This document shows positions 1 through 9,094 of a DNA stretch of 64,000 nt, in pieces. Each line of letters starts with the position of its first letter. Position 1 is the first letter of the stretch. The translations under genes were made by a program, and so were the position numbers. The stretch is from a virus. The notes beneath the pieces are model-generated. The model saw nothing but the letters and a program-made list of their open reading frames with translations, had not been told where the DNA came from and searched no databases. The stretch is from positions 4,576 through 68,575 of IMG/VR virus record IMGVR_UViG_3300010354_020206, one strand, 5' to 3'.

Positions 1-1970
1 GAAGCAAGCAATACGCCAGCAGCGTGAACGCCAAAGTTTTGAATTACACCAACAAGCTTTTTTGCAATTTTGATTTCTTCGGGCCACTTTGATGCATAAG
101 AAGCAAATTCTGGAGATTCCTCAAGAGCTTCGTCAATAGTAATTCCTGGGCGAGAAGGAATTGATTTTGAGATGTCCTGCGCGCGATAGTGTGTTTGATC
201 ACCATGCTTTGCCTGGAAAGCAGAACTTACTTTCAAAGAACCCATCACAGCTGCTTTTGCCTGATAAGTGCCCCATGTGCCGATTTGGGAACATTTGTCA
301 TTTCCAAATCGATTTCTCATCCAATCAATAACCTTTTCTCGCTTTTGTTTATCAACGTCAGTATCAACATCGGGGAGTTCAGCAATACGAGAAACGACTA
401 ATTCAGTTTCAGGTTTTTCATCAGTGATGCCTAGTGCCCAGGCAGTCCAAAGCTGACAATCATTATTTACACTTTTAATACCCTTGTTTGCCACATCAAT
501 GATGTAGTTAGACAAGCCCTGATTTTCAAGAACCCAAAGTTCTTTATAAATTTGGGGGGCATGCTCAGGATTTTGCTCAGCAACAAGCTCCATCTTTTTT
601 CTTAATTCATTGTTGGCAATGTGTAAATCTGTATTAGTGCCTTGTTCTCTCCAAGCATCGACAGGAAGATCAGAAATTTCTACTTTATACTGTTCACCAC
701 GGCCAGGATTCAAAAATCTTTCAAACATAAGATTCCAGCGCAAAGGGTCAACCGTACAAACTTGTAGACAATAGTTAACAAGTGAGCCAACTCCAGAACC
801 GCGTATTCCGTAAAGAATACTTTCTGTCTTCATGTAATTAGCCATTTCTCTTTCGATAAGGAAGTAGTCAACTACACCCATGTAGCAGATAGTGTCAATC
901 TCATAGCGCAATCTTTCTACATAATTTTTCTTAGCAGAATGACCAAGCTTAGCTAGGCCATCAAAAGCCAAATACGCAAGATAGGCTTCATTAGGCTTAT
1001 GATAAGGATAATACTTGGCCCTGAATCTATTAAAACGCTCATCATTTTCTGGGATAATGACTCTGGGCAAGAGATGTGGTACGCCAAGCTTCATGAAATC
1101 TTCAACAGATTCACTTAACAATACAGTATTGGTTAAAGCCTCTGGAATCTTAGTTCCAAAGATCTTTTCCATTTCTTCATATGTTTTGAGATGAAAATTC
1201 TTAGTAGAATAAGCTTGAAATTTACCACTGACATTATTGTCTTTGTCTTGATCTCTCATGCTTATGTGCAATTTATGAACTTTCCAATCTTCTTGTTCAA
1301 GATAATGAACATCATTGGCACAAACCATAGGAAGATCGAGTTTACGGGCGATTTCATGGAGGCCAGGAATCAAAATGGTTTTTTGCTCCTCAATACCATG
1401 ATAGTGCATTTCGATGTAGTACCTATCTTGGTATTGACCTTTGAACCATTCCGCAACTTTCAAAGCTTTGTCTTTTTCACCACGAAGCAAGAGCTGAGAA
1501 ACTTCACTACCCATACAGCCAGACAAAGCAATCACACCCTCGGAATGCCTTGACAATACATCTCGGTCAATAGTTGGTTCGTAGTAATAGCCTTCTTCAG
1601 CACCAATAGAAGCCATCTTAAGAAGATTTCTATAGCCTTTTTCATTCTGGGCCAATAAAGTTAAATGATTGTGCTTGGGCCTTCTTTTTTTGCCGTCAAT
1701 CACAACTGGGTTTTTATCGAATCTATCATGGTAAGTATAAAATTCACAACCCAAAATAGGCTTGATCTTATTCTCTTCGGTAGATTCTTTACGACAAGCA
1801 GAGACAAATTCTATAGCCCCTGATATTCTGCCATGATCTGTGATTGCTCCAGCTCTGAAACCCATTTCAGATAGCTTTTTAGCATATTGAGATGGAGATG
1901 GCAGAGCATCTTGAACTGAGAAATGAGTGTGTGCATGCAAATGCACGAAATCTTTATTTTTATTGCACAT
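1..1970 (-). CDS. dnaE: DNA polymerase III alpha subunit (C-family, PHP domain); runs off the left edge of the window
   Basis: Not in the ORF track because there is no stop in the window. Manual translation from ATG 1970 gives MCNKNKDFVHLHAHTHFSVQDAL (PHP motif), HLTLLAQNEKGYRNL, ANDVHY, GIRGSGVGSLV, FERFLNPGR, LPDVDTD (catalytic) and GVHAAGVLL. Confidence 0.95.
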   Translation of the reverse strand, partial: MCNKNKDFVHLHAHTHFSVQDALPSPSQYAKKLSEMGFRAGAITDHGRISGAIEFVSACRKESTEENKIKPILGCEFYTYHDRFDKNPVVIDGKKRRPKHNHLTLLAQNEKGYRNLLKMASIGAEEGYYYEPTIDRDVLSRHSEGVIALSGCMGSEVSQLLLRGEKDKALKVAEWFKGQYQDRYYIEMHYHGIEEQKTILIPGLHEIARKLDLPMVCANDVHYLEQEDWKVHKLHISMRDQDKDNNVSGKFQAYSTKNFHLKTYEEMEKIFGTKIPEALTNTVLLSESVEDFMKLGVPHLLPRVIIPENDERFNRFRAKYYPYHKPNEAYLAYLAFDGLAKLGHSAKKNYVERLRYEIDTICYMGVVDYFLIEREMANYMKTESILYGIRGSGVGSLVNYCLQVCTVDPLRWNLMFERFLNPGRGEQYKVEISDLPVDAWREQGTNTDLHIANNELRKKMELVAEQNPEHAPQIYKELWVLENQGLSNYIIDVANKGIKSVNNDCQLWTAWALGITDEKPETELVVSRIAELPDVDTDVDKQKREKVIDWMRNRFGNDKCSQIGTWGTYQAKAAVMGSLKVSSAFQAKHGDQTHYRAQDISKSIPSRPGITIDEALEESPEFASYASKWPEEIKIAKKLVGVIQNFGVHAAGVLLA

Positions 1971-2005
1971 AAGTTCCCCCGCGCCTCTTCAGCGTAATAC
2001 AAGGT

Positions 2006-2034
2006 TTGATATTAAAGTTATACTTATGTATAAT
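2006..2034 (+). promoter_or_regulatory. sigma70-type promoter for the small zinc-ribbon gene
   Basis: TTGATA (2006-2011), 17-bp spacer, TATAAT (2029-2034); followed by an AGGAGG RBS and ATG 2074. Confidence 0.7.
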
Positions 2035-2073
2035 CGTTTTAATTCTCGAATTAAATAAGGAGGAAAAAATAAA

Positions 2074-2214
2074 ATGGAAGCTTATTGCGTAAAGTGCAAA
2101 ACTAAAAGACCAATGAATAATCCTGAATCTGTGACCATGAAAAATGGTAAGCCTGCTACAACAGGCACATGTTTAGAATGTGGAACAAAAATGTTCAAAA
2201 TTGGTGGTAAGTGA
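2074..2214 (+). CDS. 46-aa basic zinc-ribbon protein (DUF5679-like)
   Basis: Below the ORF-track cutoff. MEAYCVKCKTKRPMNNPESVTMKNGKPATTGTCLECGTKMFKIGGK has two CxxC pairs, a strong RBS, a promoter and a terminator. Confidence 0.85.
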   Translation: MEAYCVKCKTKRPMNNPESVTMKNGKPATTGTCLECGTKMFKIGGK

Positions 2215-2249
2215 AATAAGGAGTGCTAAATGCACTCCTTATTTTTTTT
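2214..2249. terminator. intrinsic terminator between convergent genes
   Basis: AAATAAGGAGTGC-TAAAT-GCACTCCTTATTT perfect 13-bp stem followed by a T-run. Confidence 0.8.
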
Positions 2250-3224
2250 AGACCATTTCTTTTCATGCTGCCAAACCTCAACAGTATGACCTTGTGGTTT
2301 TTCATTTAATTCATCAATTTTTTCAGAATCAGGATTTACCATTTTCCATACATAAAAGTTTTCATTCGGCGATTTTACTTTTGATAAAATCAAGTCTTTA
2401 TCAACAACATTTTTAGCTCTTGTATAGAAAAACTTTTTACGCTTGAATGTATCTCTGTTGTCTGCATCAATTATTCTAAAAGACTTTGGTCTTTTAGAAA
2501 TCTTTCCCCTTGAGAAATCTTCACAAGAATAGCTATTACCCATCTGTTGTGCAACTATGTACTTGCCATCTTTTTGTAATACCCTTATTGCTTTAGCAGA
2601 TTCTTTGAACATTATCTTTGCTTTTTTATAATATTCATAAGCTTCATTAATGTTATCAAATTGCTTATCTAAAAAACAGTAATTTTTTTTCTTAGTAATG
2701 TTATCAGATGTGGTAATTCTTCTTTTTATAGTAGAGGAAGATACTCCCAAATTACTTTCAAGTGACTTAATCGTGATAGGTTTATTTTGACCATATCTAG
2801 CAATAACAAAACTACACAAGAAAGATTTTAATTCACTGGTATTATCATGTTTGAATAAATCTTCCATTTTGATAAGAAAAGGTTGTGTTTTTGAAATTTC
2901 AAATGACATAATTTCAATTACTTTATTTATGCCATAAAGATAAACAATTTTTGACCCCTTGCTTCCTGTAGGTTCTTGCCAAAATAAATTAATACCCTTT
3001 TTGAAAATTTCATAACTGTAATTACTATTACATTTAGTGATTTCTCTAACAATTTCTAAACAAGTGTGCAATGTAAATTTACCTGTGCCTTGTTTATGCT
3101 TGTCAATTGTTCTAAGAGCAAGCCAGATCGCACATACGTCCAATTTTTTAATTTTTGATGCTGTTGAAATCAATTCTGGATTTATTTCAACTTGCAATTT
3201 ACCAACAGGAATTGCCCTAGCCAT
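2226..3224 (-). CDS. basic hypothetical protein with probable helix-turn-helix
   Basis: 332 aa, Lys-rich; ITIKSLESNLGVSSSTIKRRI resembles an HTH; last gene of the replication operon. Confidence 0.55.
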   Translation of the reverse strand: MARAIPVGKLQVEINPELISTASKIKKLDVCAIWLALRTIDKHKQGTGKFTLHTCLEIVREITKCNSNYSYEIFKKGINLFWQEPTGSKGSKIVYLYGINKVIEIMSFEISKTQPFLIKMEDLFKHDNTSELKSFLCSFVIARYGQNKPITIKSLESNLGVSSSTIKRRITTSDNITKKKNYCFLDKQFDNINEAYEYYKKAKIMFKESAKAIRVLQKDGKYIVAQQMGNSYSCEDFSRGKISKRPKSFRIIDADNRDTFKRKKFFYTRAKNVVDKDLILSKVKSPNENFYVWKMVNPDSEKIDELNEKPQGHTVEVWQHEKKWSKKNKECI

Positions 3225-3504
3225 TATTCATGCTTTCTGCTAATTTTTTGAACTGAGCTTCGATTCCAGATTGCAAAATGTAAAGATCAATTTCAGAATC
3301 AGGCATACCAAAACTAGACAAAAGAGTTTTAATAAAATGTAATTTTGCAGCAAAAGTTCCAGTGAGTTTTACTTCAAAATCAATTGAGTCAACATTTGTT
3401 TTCAAGGCTTCTTCTGCGAGTTTCACTGCTTCTGCTACAGATCTTTCAGGATTCCATTCCAAGCCCTCTACAGGTATTAAAACTTTATTCGGATCTTCAA
3501 TCAT
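3217..3504 (-). CDS. hypothetical protein
   Basis: 95 aa ORF overlapping both neighbours by a few bases (operon packing). Confidence 0.7.
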   Translation of the reverse strand: MIEDPNKVLIPVEGLEWNPERSVAEAVKLAEEALKTNVDSIDFEVKLTGTFAAKLHFIKTLLSSFGMPDSEIDLYILQSGIEAQFKKLAESMNNG

Positions 3505-4177
3505 TTATTGCCCCCTTTAATCTTAATTTCATGTCATTACCTAAATTTTTCCATAATCTATTGAGATTTTTGTAATCTTCTTTCATTATAAATGAATCAG
3601 CTTTTTCATAAATCGTCTCAACCCATTGTATTTCTGAAGATTTGAATTCTGTTTTGTTCTCAAAGTTTTTAAGTCTTTCGGCTAAAGATCTTAAAAACTG
3701 GACTGGTGAAATTCCTCCTGGCAAATCATATTCGACTTGATAATTCAAATAATCATCAGCTACATTATTTATGTCTCTCAATGCTCGGTAGATTTCACCC
3801 TCTTCTAAATCAGGATTTATGCCAGTGATAAGCATAACTCTTTCAACTGCTTGTTTGAAGCCCAAGCCCTCCATTTTTCTGACAAAACTTATCAAATCAC
3901 CAGAAGCTCCACACCCAAAGCAATGAAATGAACCTTTATCTCTATTTACTCCAAAAGAAGGGCTAGAATCGTCATGGCCTGGTAAAGGACAATTAGTGTT
4001 GAACCATCCATTGGCTTCCTGAGGAAAGAACAAATCATATTCCTGCTCAAGAATTTGTATGATGTCTATCTGTTGAAGCATTTCTCTTATAGCTTTGATG
4101 CTTGAATCATTGAAACTAATTTTTCTATTATCACCCAATAGATCTTCTTTATAATCTTGCAATGATATTCTAGGCAT
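3497..4177 (-). CDS. DnaG-type CHC2 zinc-finger protein lacking the TOPRIM catalytic domain
   Basis: CPLPGHDDSSPSFGV...FHCFGCGASGDLISFV is the primase zinc-binding domain; the rest looks helical. Start placed at ATG 4177 (TAATG overlap with the dnaB stop). Confidence 0.85.
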   Translation of the reverse strand: MPRISLQDYKEDLLGDNRKISFNDSSIKAIREMLQQIDIIQILEQEYDLFFPQEANGWFNTNCPLPGHDDSSPSFGVNRDKGSFHCFGCGASGDLISFVRKMEGLGFKQAVERVMLITGINPDLEEGEIYRALRDINNVADDYLNYQVEYDLPGGISPVQFLRSLAERLKNFENKTEFKSSEIQWVETIYEKADSFIMKEDYKNLNRLWKNLGNDMKLRLKGAIND

Positions 4178-5724
4178 TACCAATCATCTCCCAAATCAAT
4201 GTCATTTATAGTTAAATCATCAACATTAAAACTAAATTCCTCATCATTAATAGACACATTTACATTGCCATTATTATCTTCAGACGTAGTTGTTCGGGTT
4301 TGCCTGTCTTCGTCTGACTTTTGCTTCTCAGAAGGCGATAAACCTTTCATTCTTCTCATGTCAGCTTGTTCTTCCATAGTCAATTCTTGGATTGCGTTAA
4401 ATTCGGGCGCAACTCTAACACAATAAGGGGGCACCCAAGCATCACGACCCTTTGCCATATGAACTACAGCAATGTTTGTATCCTTGTCAGGCTCTAAAAC
4501 AAACACATAATGGGACTGGTGCATAATGTGCTGACCACCTGATGCTGCTGACTGGTCATAAGTATGTGCCTTGCCTGAGTCCTTTGACTTACGACTATCC
4601 CTGATAGTGTCTCTATTAAGCTGCTGAGCGGTCAATACAGGAAGATTATGCCTTCTGGCGATCCTCACCAAGCCATCGAATGCCAACTCATGTAATTCCC
4701 AAGATTTAGCAGTTTTAGGAGCATTTCTTGTTCTCATTTCACCAATGTAGTCGGCAATAACAATGTCTGGCTTACCTTTAGTTAAAGTAAGCTCTCTGAT
4801 TCGCATGTCCACATACTCAGGTGTTGGATCAGTGTCGGTAAAGTCATACTCAAAATAAGGGCCACCATGCATGCCTTGAAGTTTCTCAGCAAGAGACTTA
4901 ACTTCATCTAAGTCCAAGCCAGACCTTTTCAATTCCTGAAATGGTACAGAAAAAGCCAAACTCATGTGGCGAAGTAAACAGTCCCAAAGAGAAAGCTCAA
5001 ATGAAAAATACAATACATTCTTGCCTTGTTTGTGTGCATTATAGGCCCAGTTCAGGAGCTGTAATGATTTACCACCACCAGAAGGTCCAAGAACAACTGT
5101 CACCTGACTTCCCCTAAATCCAGATGTTCTGCGGTCCATTTCATCATAACCTGATAAAATTCCAGGGGGCTTGGTTCTTTGCTTCTCATACTCTCTTAAA
5201 AAGAAGTCTGAAGATTCAGAAATATCAAGTGTCTTTTTCTCACCAGGCTCAGTAGATAGTTCTGTTTCAATGTCTTTAATGCAATCTAAAACATGATTGA
5301 CGCCATCTTGCAAGCCTTTTTCGATCATCAAGGAGTGGCCAGTAGTATGCATGTCTTGCCAAATTGAAACTGCCCTCCTTTGTTTCAATTGCATGAGTAA
5401 ATCATGTAATTCATTAGAATCATGATCTAGGTCTACAATCTCTGCCCACATGGTAAGGAACTTACCCTTATGAAGATCAGAAATGCCTTTAGAAATCATT
5501 CTATTTTCAAGTACAAGCTCAGTCATTAAGCTACCATCTGATTCATCAAAATAATTGAAAATAGTTTTGACTAAATTATAAGTATAGCTTGTCTTTGAGC
5601 CTTCTTCAGAAAAAGAAAAATGCTCAGGTGTAATGTTCAAAGCCTTTGCCCTGATAACAGCGGCTTGGTCAGTTATCATGTGTTTGATAACTTGCTTTTC
5701 TAATTCTTCTCTAGATAATTTCAT
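4177..5724 (-). CDS. dnaB: replicative DnaB-like (SF4) helicase
   Basis: Walker A GPSGGGKS, VLYFSFE, IADYIG, TAQQLNR; acidic C-terminal tail. Confidence 0.9.
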   Translation of the reverse strand: MKLSREELEKQVIKHMITDQAAVIRAKALNITPEHFSFSEEGSKTSYTYNLVKTIFNYFDESDGSLMTELVLENRMISKGISDLHKGKFLTMWAEIVDLDHDSNELHDLLMQLKQRRAVSIWQDMHTTGHSLMIEKGLQDGVNHVLDCIKDIETELSTEPGEKKTLDISESSDFFLREYEKQRTKPPGILSGYDEMDRRTSGFRGSQVTVVLGPSGGGKSLQLLNWAYNAHKQGKNVLYFSFELSLWDCLLRHMSLAFSVPFQELKRSGLDLDEVKSLAEKLQGMHGGPYFEYDFTDTDPTPEYVDMRIRELTLTKGKPDIVIADYIGEMRTRNAPKTAKSWELHELAFDGLVRIARRHNLPVLTAQQLNRDTIRDSRKSKDSGKAHTYDQSAASGGQHIMHQSHYVFVLEPDKDTNIAVVHMAKGRDAWVPPYCVRVAPEFNAIQELTMEEQADMRRMKGLSPSEKQKSDEDRQTRTTTSEDNNGNVNVSINDEEFSFNVDDLTINDIDLGDDW

Positions 5725-5734
5725 TTCTTTACTT

Positions 5735-6541
5735 TCAAGACGCGAATGGTTGTGGAGGCATTGGTGTTGGCAAAGTAATCTTAAAGCAAGAACTAGTCAT
5801 ACTTGACCAACCAGGACCAGCATCTATTTTGTCGTATCCATCATAAGCACTCAGAACAATTGGCTTGCCCGATTTTATTCGTGACCTTCCAATTCTATCT
5901 AATTGAATACCTAATGTAGGATTCCGAATTTCATAATGCGTGATGCCATCAATGATGATTAAATCTTTAGTCGCAAATTCTTCTGCATAATCAGATTGTT
6001 TATCTCTATTATCAAAGCCAGAAAGGTCAGCGTACAAATCTGCGTAGTCATAGTAGGCAACTGTAAGCTTCTTCCTTACAGCTTCTTGAGCAAGAACAGA
6101 ACAAATTAAGCTCTTACCACTCCACTGACCCCCTACTAATAATAAGCTAAGCAAATTGATAGTAGTACCCCTGTTGGGGATAATCTTTATTGGGCGACCT
6201 GCGCAAAGAGCTGGAAGAGCATTGATGTATTTATCCATTACAGACTTAATCTTAATCTTCTTAGCCAGTGCTGCTTGGGTAAGATTGTTGCCCCAAGGAT
6301 CTTGTTTTAAGTTCCAATTTTCAGATAATGTTTTACCAAAATATTTAGGAGGTACACCAGCTGTTACATACTTATCCCTCCACATTTGTTCTTTTAAACA
6401 ATGACATAAAACGGCTTTACCGTCAGTATTCAGCCATGATCCTTTCCCTCCACAAGAAGAACAAGAGCCGCTGGCAACTTGACCTTCGGCCCTCAATGAT
6501 TCTAAAAAGTCTGACTCATCTCTGGATAACTCAAAATTCAC
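5735..6541 (-). CDS. DnaC/DnaI-like helicase loader ATPase
   Basis: N-terminal CxxCxGxG...CxC zinc motif, AGVPPKY, degenerate Walker A GGQWSGKS, Walker B DLIIIDG; adjacent to dnaB. Confidence 0.75.
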   Translation of the reverse strand: MNFELSRDESDFLESLRAEGQVASGSCSSCGGKGSWLNTDGKAVLCHCLKEQMWRDKYVTAGVPPKYFGKTLSENWNLKQDPWGNNLTQAALAKKIKIKSVMDKYINALPALCAGRPIKIIPNRGTTINLLSLLLVGGQWSGKSLICSVLAQEAVRKKLTVAYYDYADLYADLSGFDNRDKQSDYAEEFATKDLIIIDGITHYEIRNPTLGIQLDRIGRSRIKSGKPIVLSAYDGYDKIDAGPGWSSMTSSCFKITLPTPMPPQPFAS

Positions 6542-8226
6542 AATTCTTCATCCTCTTCATTAGATACATTTTCCATCAAAGCTTTAACTGTATCAATTAT
6601 TTCTTGGTCTTTGATCTTGCGCTTCTTAATCTTAGAAGCGTGTCTAGCTCTTCTATTCGCCCATGACCTAAGCCCATCAATTTGCTCTTTCATAGTTACA
6701 GCAAGCGGGACTGTATCTTCAATGGCATTCATAATATCTTCGGTCGTAAATTCTCTTTTATTGTCATCAAAAGCTTCATACATAGCCGAAATTATTGCAG
6801 CTTCTATTTCAGCTCCAGTGAAACTTGCTGATTTATCAACTAAATTATCTATGTTGAATTTAAGAGGATCTCGTTTTCTTTTGCTCAAGTGAATTTTGAA
6901 GATTTCAAATCTTTCCTCTTCAGTTGGCAAATCCACAAAGAAGATCTCATCAAATCTACCTTTTCTCAAAATTTCAGGGGGCAATTGCGAAACATCATTT
7001 GCAGTTGCAACCACAAGAACAGGAGACTCTTTTTCTTGCATCCAAGTAAGAAATGATCCTAAGACCCTTGAAGCTGTGCCGCCATCAGTTTGGTTAGAAG
7101 ATGCAGAGCCAGACATACCCTTATCCAATTCATCCATCCATAAAATAGAGGGACTCACGGACTCAGCTAATTTGATTGCAGTTCTAATGTTTTCCTCTGA
7201 AGAGCCAACAATCCCACTGAAGATTTTACCCATATCGAGTCTGATAAGAGGAAGTTGCCAGAATGATGATACACATCTGGCCATCAAAGATTTACCAGCT
7301 CCCTGGACACCAACAAATAAAATACCTTTGGGGTTACCAGGCAAACCATATTCTTTAGCCTCTGTGGTAAAAGCGAATTTTCTTTGATGAAGCCAATGTT
7401 TAATGCCTTTCAAGCCACCAACTTCATTAAAATTCTCATTCACTTCGATCCAATCCAAAAGCCCGGTTTTTCTGATAATTTCTCTTTTAACTCCAGCAAT
7501 CTTAACTGGGTCAAGTGCATTGATGTTACTTACCATCATGTAAGTACAAAGAAGCTCGATTTCTTGAAGTGTCAAACCTTGAAAAGCTCTGATGATGTCT
7601 TGTAATTCAGGTTCTGAATAATCAATTCTAAACCCCTTTTTTATTAATTCATTGTTTTTAGAAGCAGAAGCAATTACATTCTTCACCTTTTCTTCAATGT
7701 GCTCATATTCTGGCAAAGGCCAATCTATAACAGCACAAGATTTGTTAAGGTCTTCAGGAAGCATCAATGATGTGCCGAGAAGAATTATTGCCTTATGTTG
7801 TGAAACAAATTCCTGTGAAATGTTTCTAAGCATTCTTACACTTCTTTTATCATCCAATGTGCTTTCATCATGAATTATTTTAAGATAATCTTTTAATACC
7901 AATAGATAGAACCCATTGGTTTCATCTTTGAGTTCTCTGAACCATTCAAGCACTTGCATGTGGCTCACAATTTTTGATTTTGGTAGAAGATGCTGGAAAT
8001 CAGGAGTTGTAGTTAATCCAGAGGCAAGGTCCCAATAAAAAACTCCCCATGCGTCGGTGCCTCTTTTAGCTATAAAGCGAATTGCATCGCAAATTCTAGA
8101 TTCTTCATGTGACGAAATAAAAATAAGGGGGCGATTTGATCTGATTTGCCAATCAAGTTCTCGCATTGATTTTTTATGTTCACTATCCATAACATTCTCC
8201 AAAAAATTGGGTGGATTAATTTCCAC
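6538..8226 (-). CDS. Ycf46-like AAA+ ATPase
   Basis: GILFVGVQGAGKS, ILWMDELDK, VATANDVSQLPPEILRKGRFDEIFFVDLP, FTGAEIE, and a degenerate N-terminal AAA domain (SHEESR). Confidence 0.88.
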   Translation of the reverse strand: MEINPPNFLENVMDSEHKKSMRELDWQIRSNRPLIFISSHEESRICDAIRFIAKRGTDAWGVFYWDLASGLTTTPDFQHLLPKSKIVSHMQVLEWFRELKDETNGFYLLVLKDYLKIIHDESTLDDKRSVRMLRNISQEFVSQHKAIILLGTSLMLPEDLNKSCAVIDWPLPEYEHIEEKVKNVIASASKNNELIKKGFRIDYSEPELQDIIRAFQGLTLQEIELLCTYMMVSNINALDPVKIAGVKREIIRKTGLLDWIEVNENFNEVGGLKGIKHWLHQRKFAFTTEAKEYGLPGNPKGILFVGVQGAGKSLMARCVSSFWQLPLIRLDMGKIFSGIVGSSEENIRTAIKLAESVSPSILWMDELDKGMSGSASSNQTDGGTASRVLGSFLTWMQEKESPVLVVATANDVSQLPPEILRKGRFDEIFFVDLPTEEERFEIFKIHLSKRKRDPLKFNIDNLVDKSASFTGAEIEAAIISAMYEAFDDNKREFTTEDIMNAIEDTVPLAVTMKEQIDGLRSWANRRARHASKIKKRKIKDQEIIDTVKALMENVSNEEDEEL

Positions 8227-9094
8227 CCAATAAAGTATAGTATTTAGCTAAAGGATTACCTTTGTAATCTTTATCTCGCCACCAAGTTTCTGTTTTAAAA
8301 AATGAAGTTAAGCTTTGGAAAGTTTCTCTCCATTCTAACCCGAGAAACTCTTCTGGATAAGGAGAATTTATGATAGATGAATTAAACATTCTTTCAAGAA
8401 TTTCTACATCAGAGCTCTTTTTATCACCAAATCTTACATTCAAACTAGCTATAACTTTAGACTGATCGTAGCCTTTAACCTTAACGAGATAGGTTACTGT
8501 AATTGGAATTCCAAATCTAGCAAATAGTTCTGTTGCTTTCACTTTGTCTTGCAAGGAGTTAATTTCTTCTAACAAGCTTGTATCTGCAGAATCTCTAACA
8601 ACATCGCCACTTTCAACTTGGGGTAAGATTTCATCTTGATAGAAGAAATTAATAGAATTGAATACACTAAGCAAAGTTATGTAGTTGTATTTTCTAATAA
8701 TTTGTTCACTATTGTCGAATGCCCAATCGAATAATTTCTTTGTAAATTCATTCCTTTCAAGCCCGTTAGAAGAGAAAAAATCACCGATCTGCTTAATTAT
8801 TGGTAAATCAGATGTAAATGTAATCTTATAATTTCCCCCAATAAAAGATTGATATTTTCGTGCAAAATAAGTTACAAAGTTTTTATTTGTCCAGTCAGAA
8901 ACATTTTCCGGCAATTCTGCTGGTGCTTTTTTTGTAATCATTTCATCAAGTGTAACTTGAGAATTTTGCCTTCTTTTTGGCTTGAAGGGATTGACTAGCT
9001 GGCCCTCTGGCGGAACTTCAATGGACATAATATTTGTGACTATCTTGTGAACTGCATCATTCCTATTTTTCATGTGTCTGACACTCGCTACCAT
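8216..9094 (-). CDS. hypothetical protein in the replication operon
   Basis: 292 aa ORF with short overlaps to both neighbours; no motif recognised. Confidence 0.7.
   Translation of the reverse strand: MVASVRHMKNRNDAVHKIVTNIMSIEVPPEGQLVNPFKPKRRQNSQVTLDEMITKKAPAELPENVSDWTNKNFVTYFARKYQSFIGGNYKITFTSDLPIIKQIGDFFSSNGLERNEFTKKLFDWAFDNSEQIIRKYNYITLLSVFNSINFFYQDEILPQVESGDVVRDSADTSLLEEINSLQDKVKATELFARFGIPITVTYLVKVKGYDQSKVIASLNVRFGDKKSSDVEILERMFNSSIINSPYPEEFLGLEWRETFQSLTSFFKTETWWRDKDYKGNPLAKYYTLLGGN

Noticed and set aside
378-698. Intein or intron as the explanation for the DnaE insert
   Set aside because: No N-terminal Cys/Ser, no C-terminal His-Asn, no LAGLIDADG motif, and the frame stays open.
189-2002. 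Short track ORFs 189-401, 268-456, 1191-1553 and 1811-2002
   Set aside because: They overlap the dnaE frame (1970 to <1, minus strand), which carries all the expected motifs.
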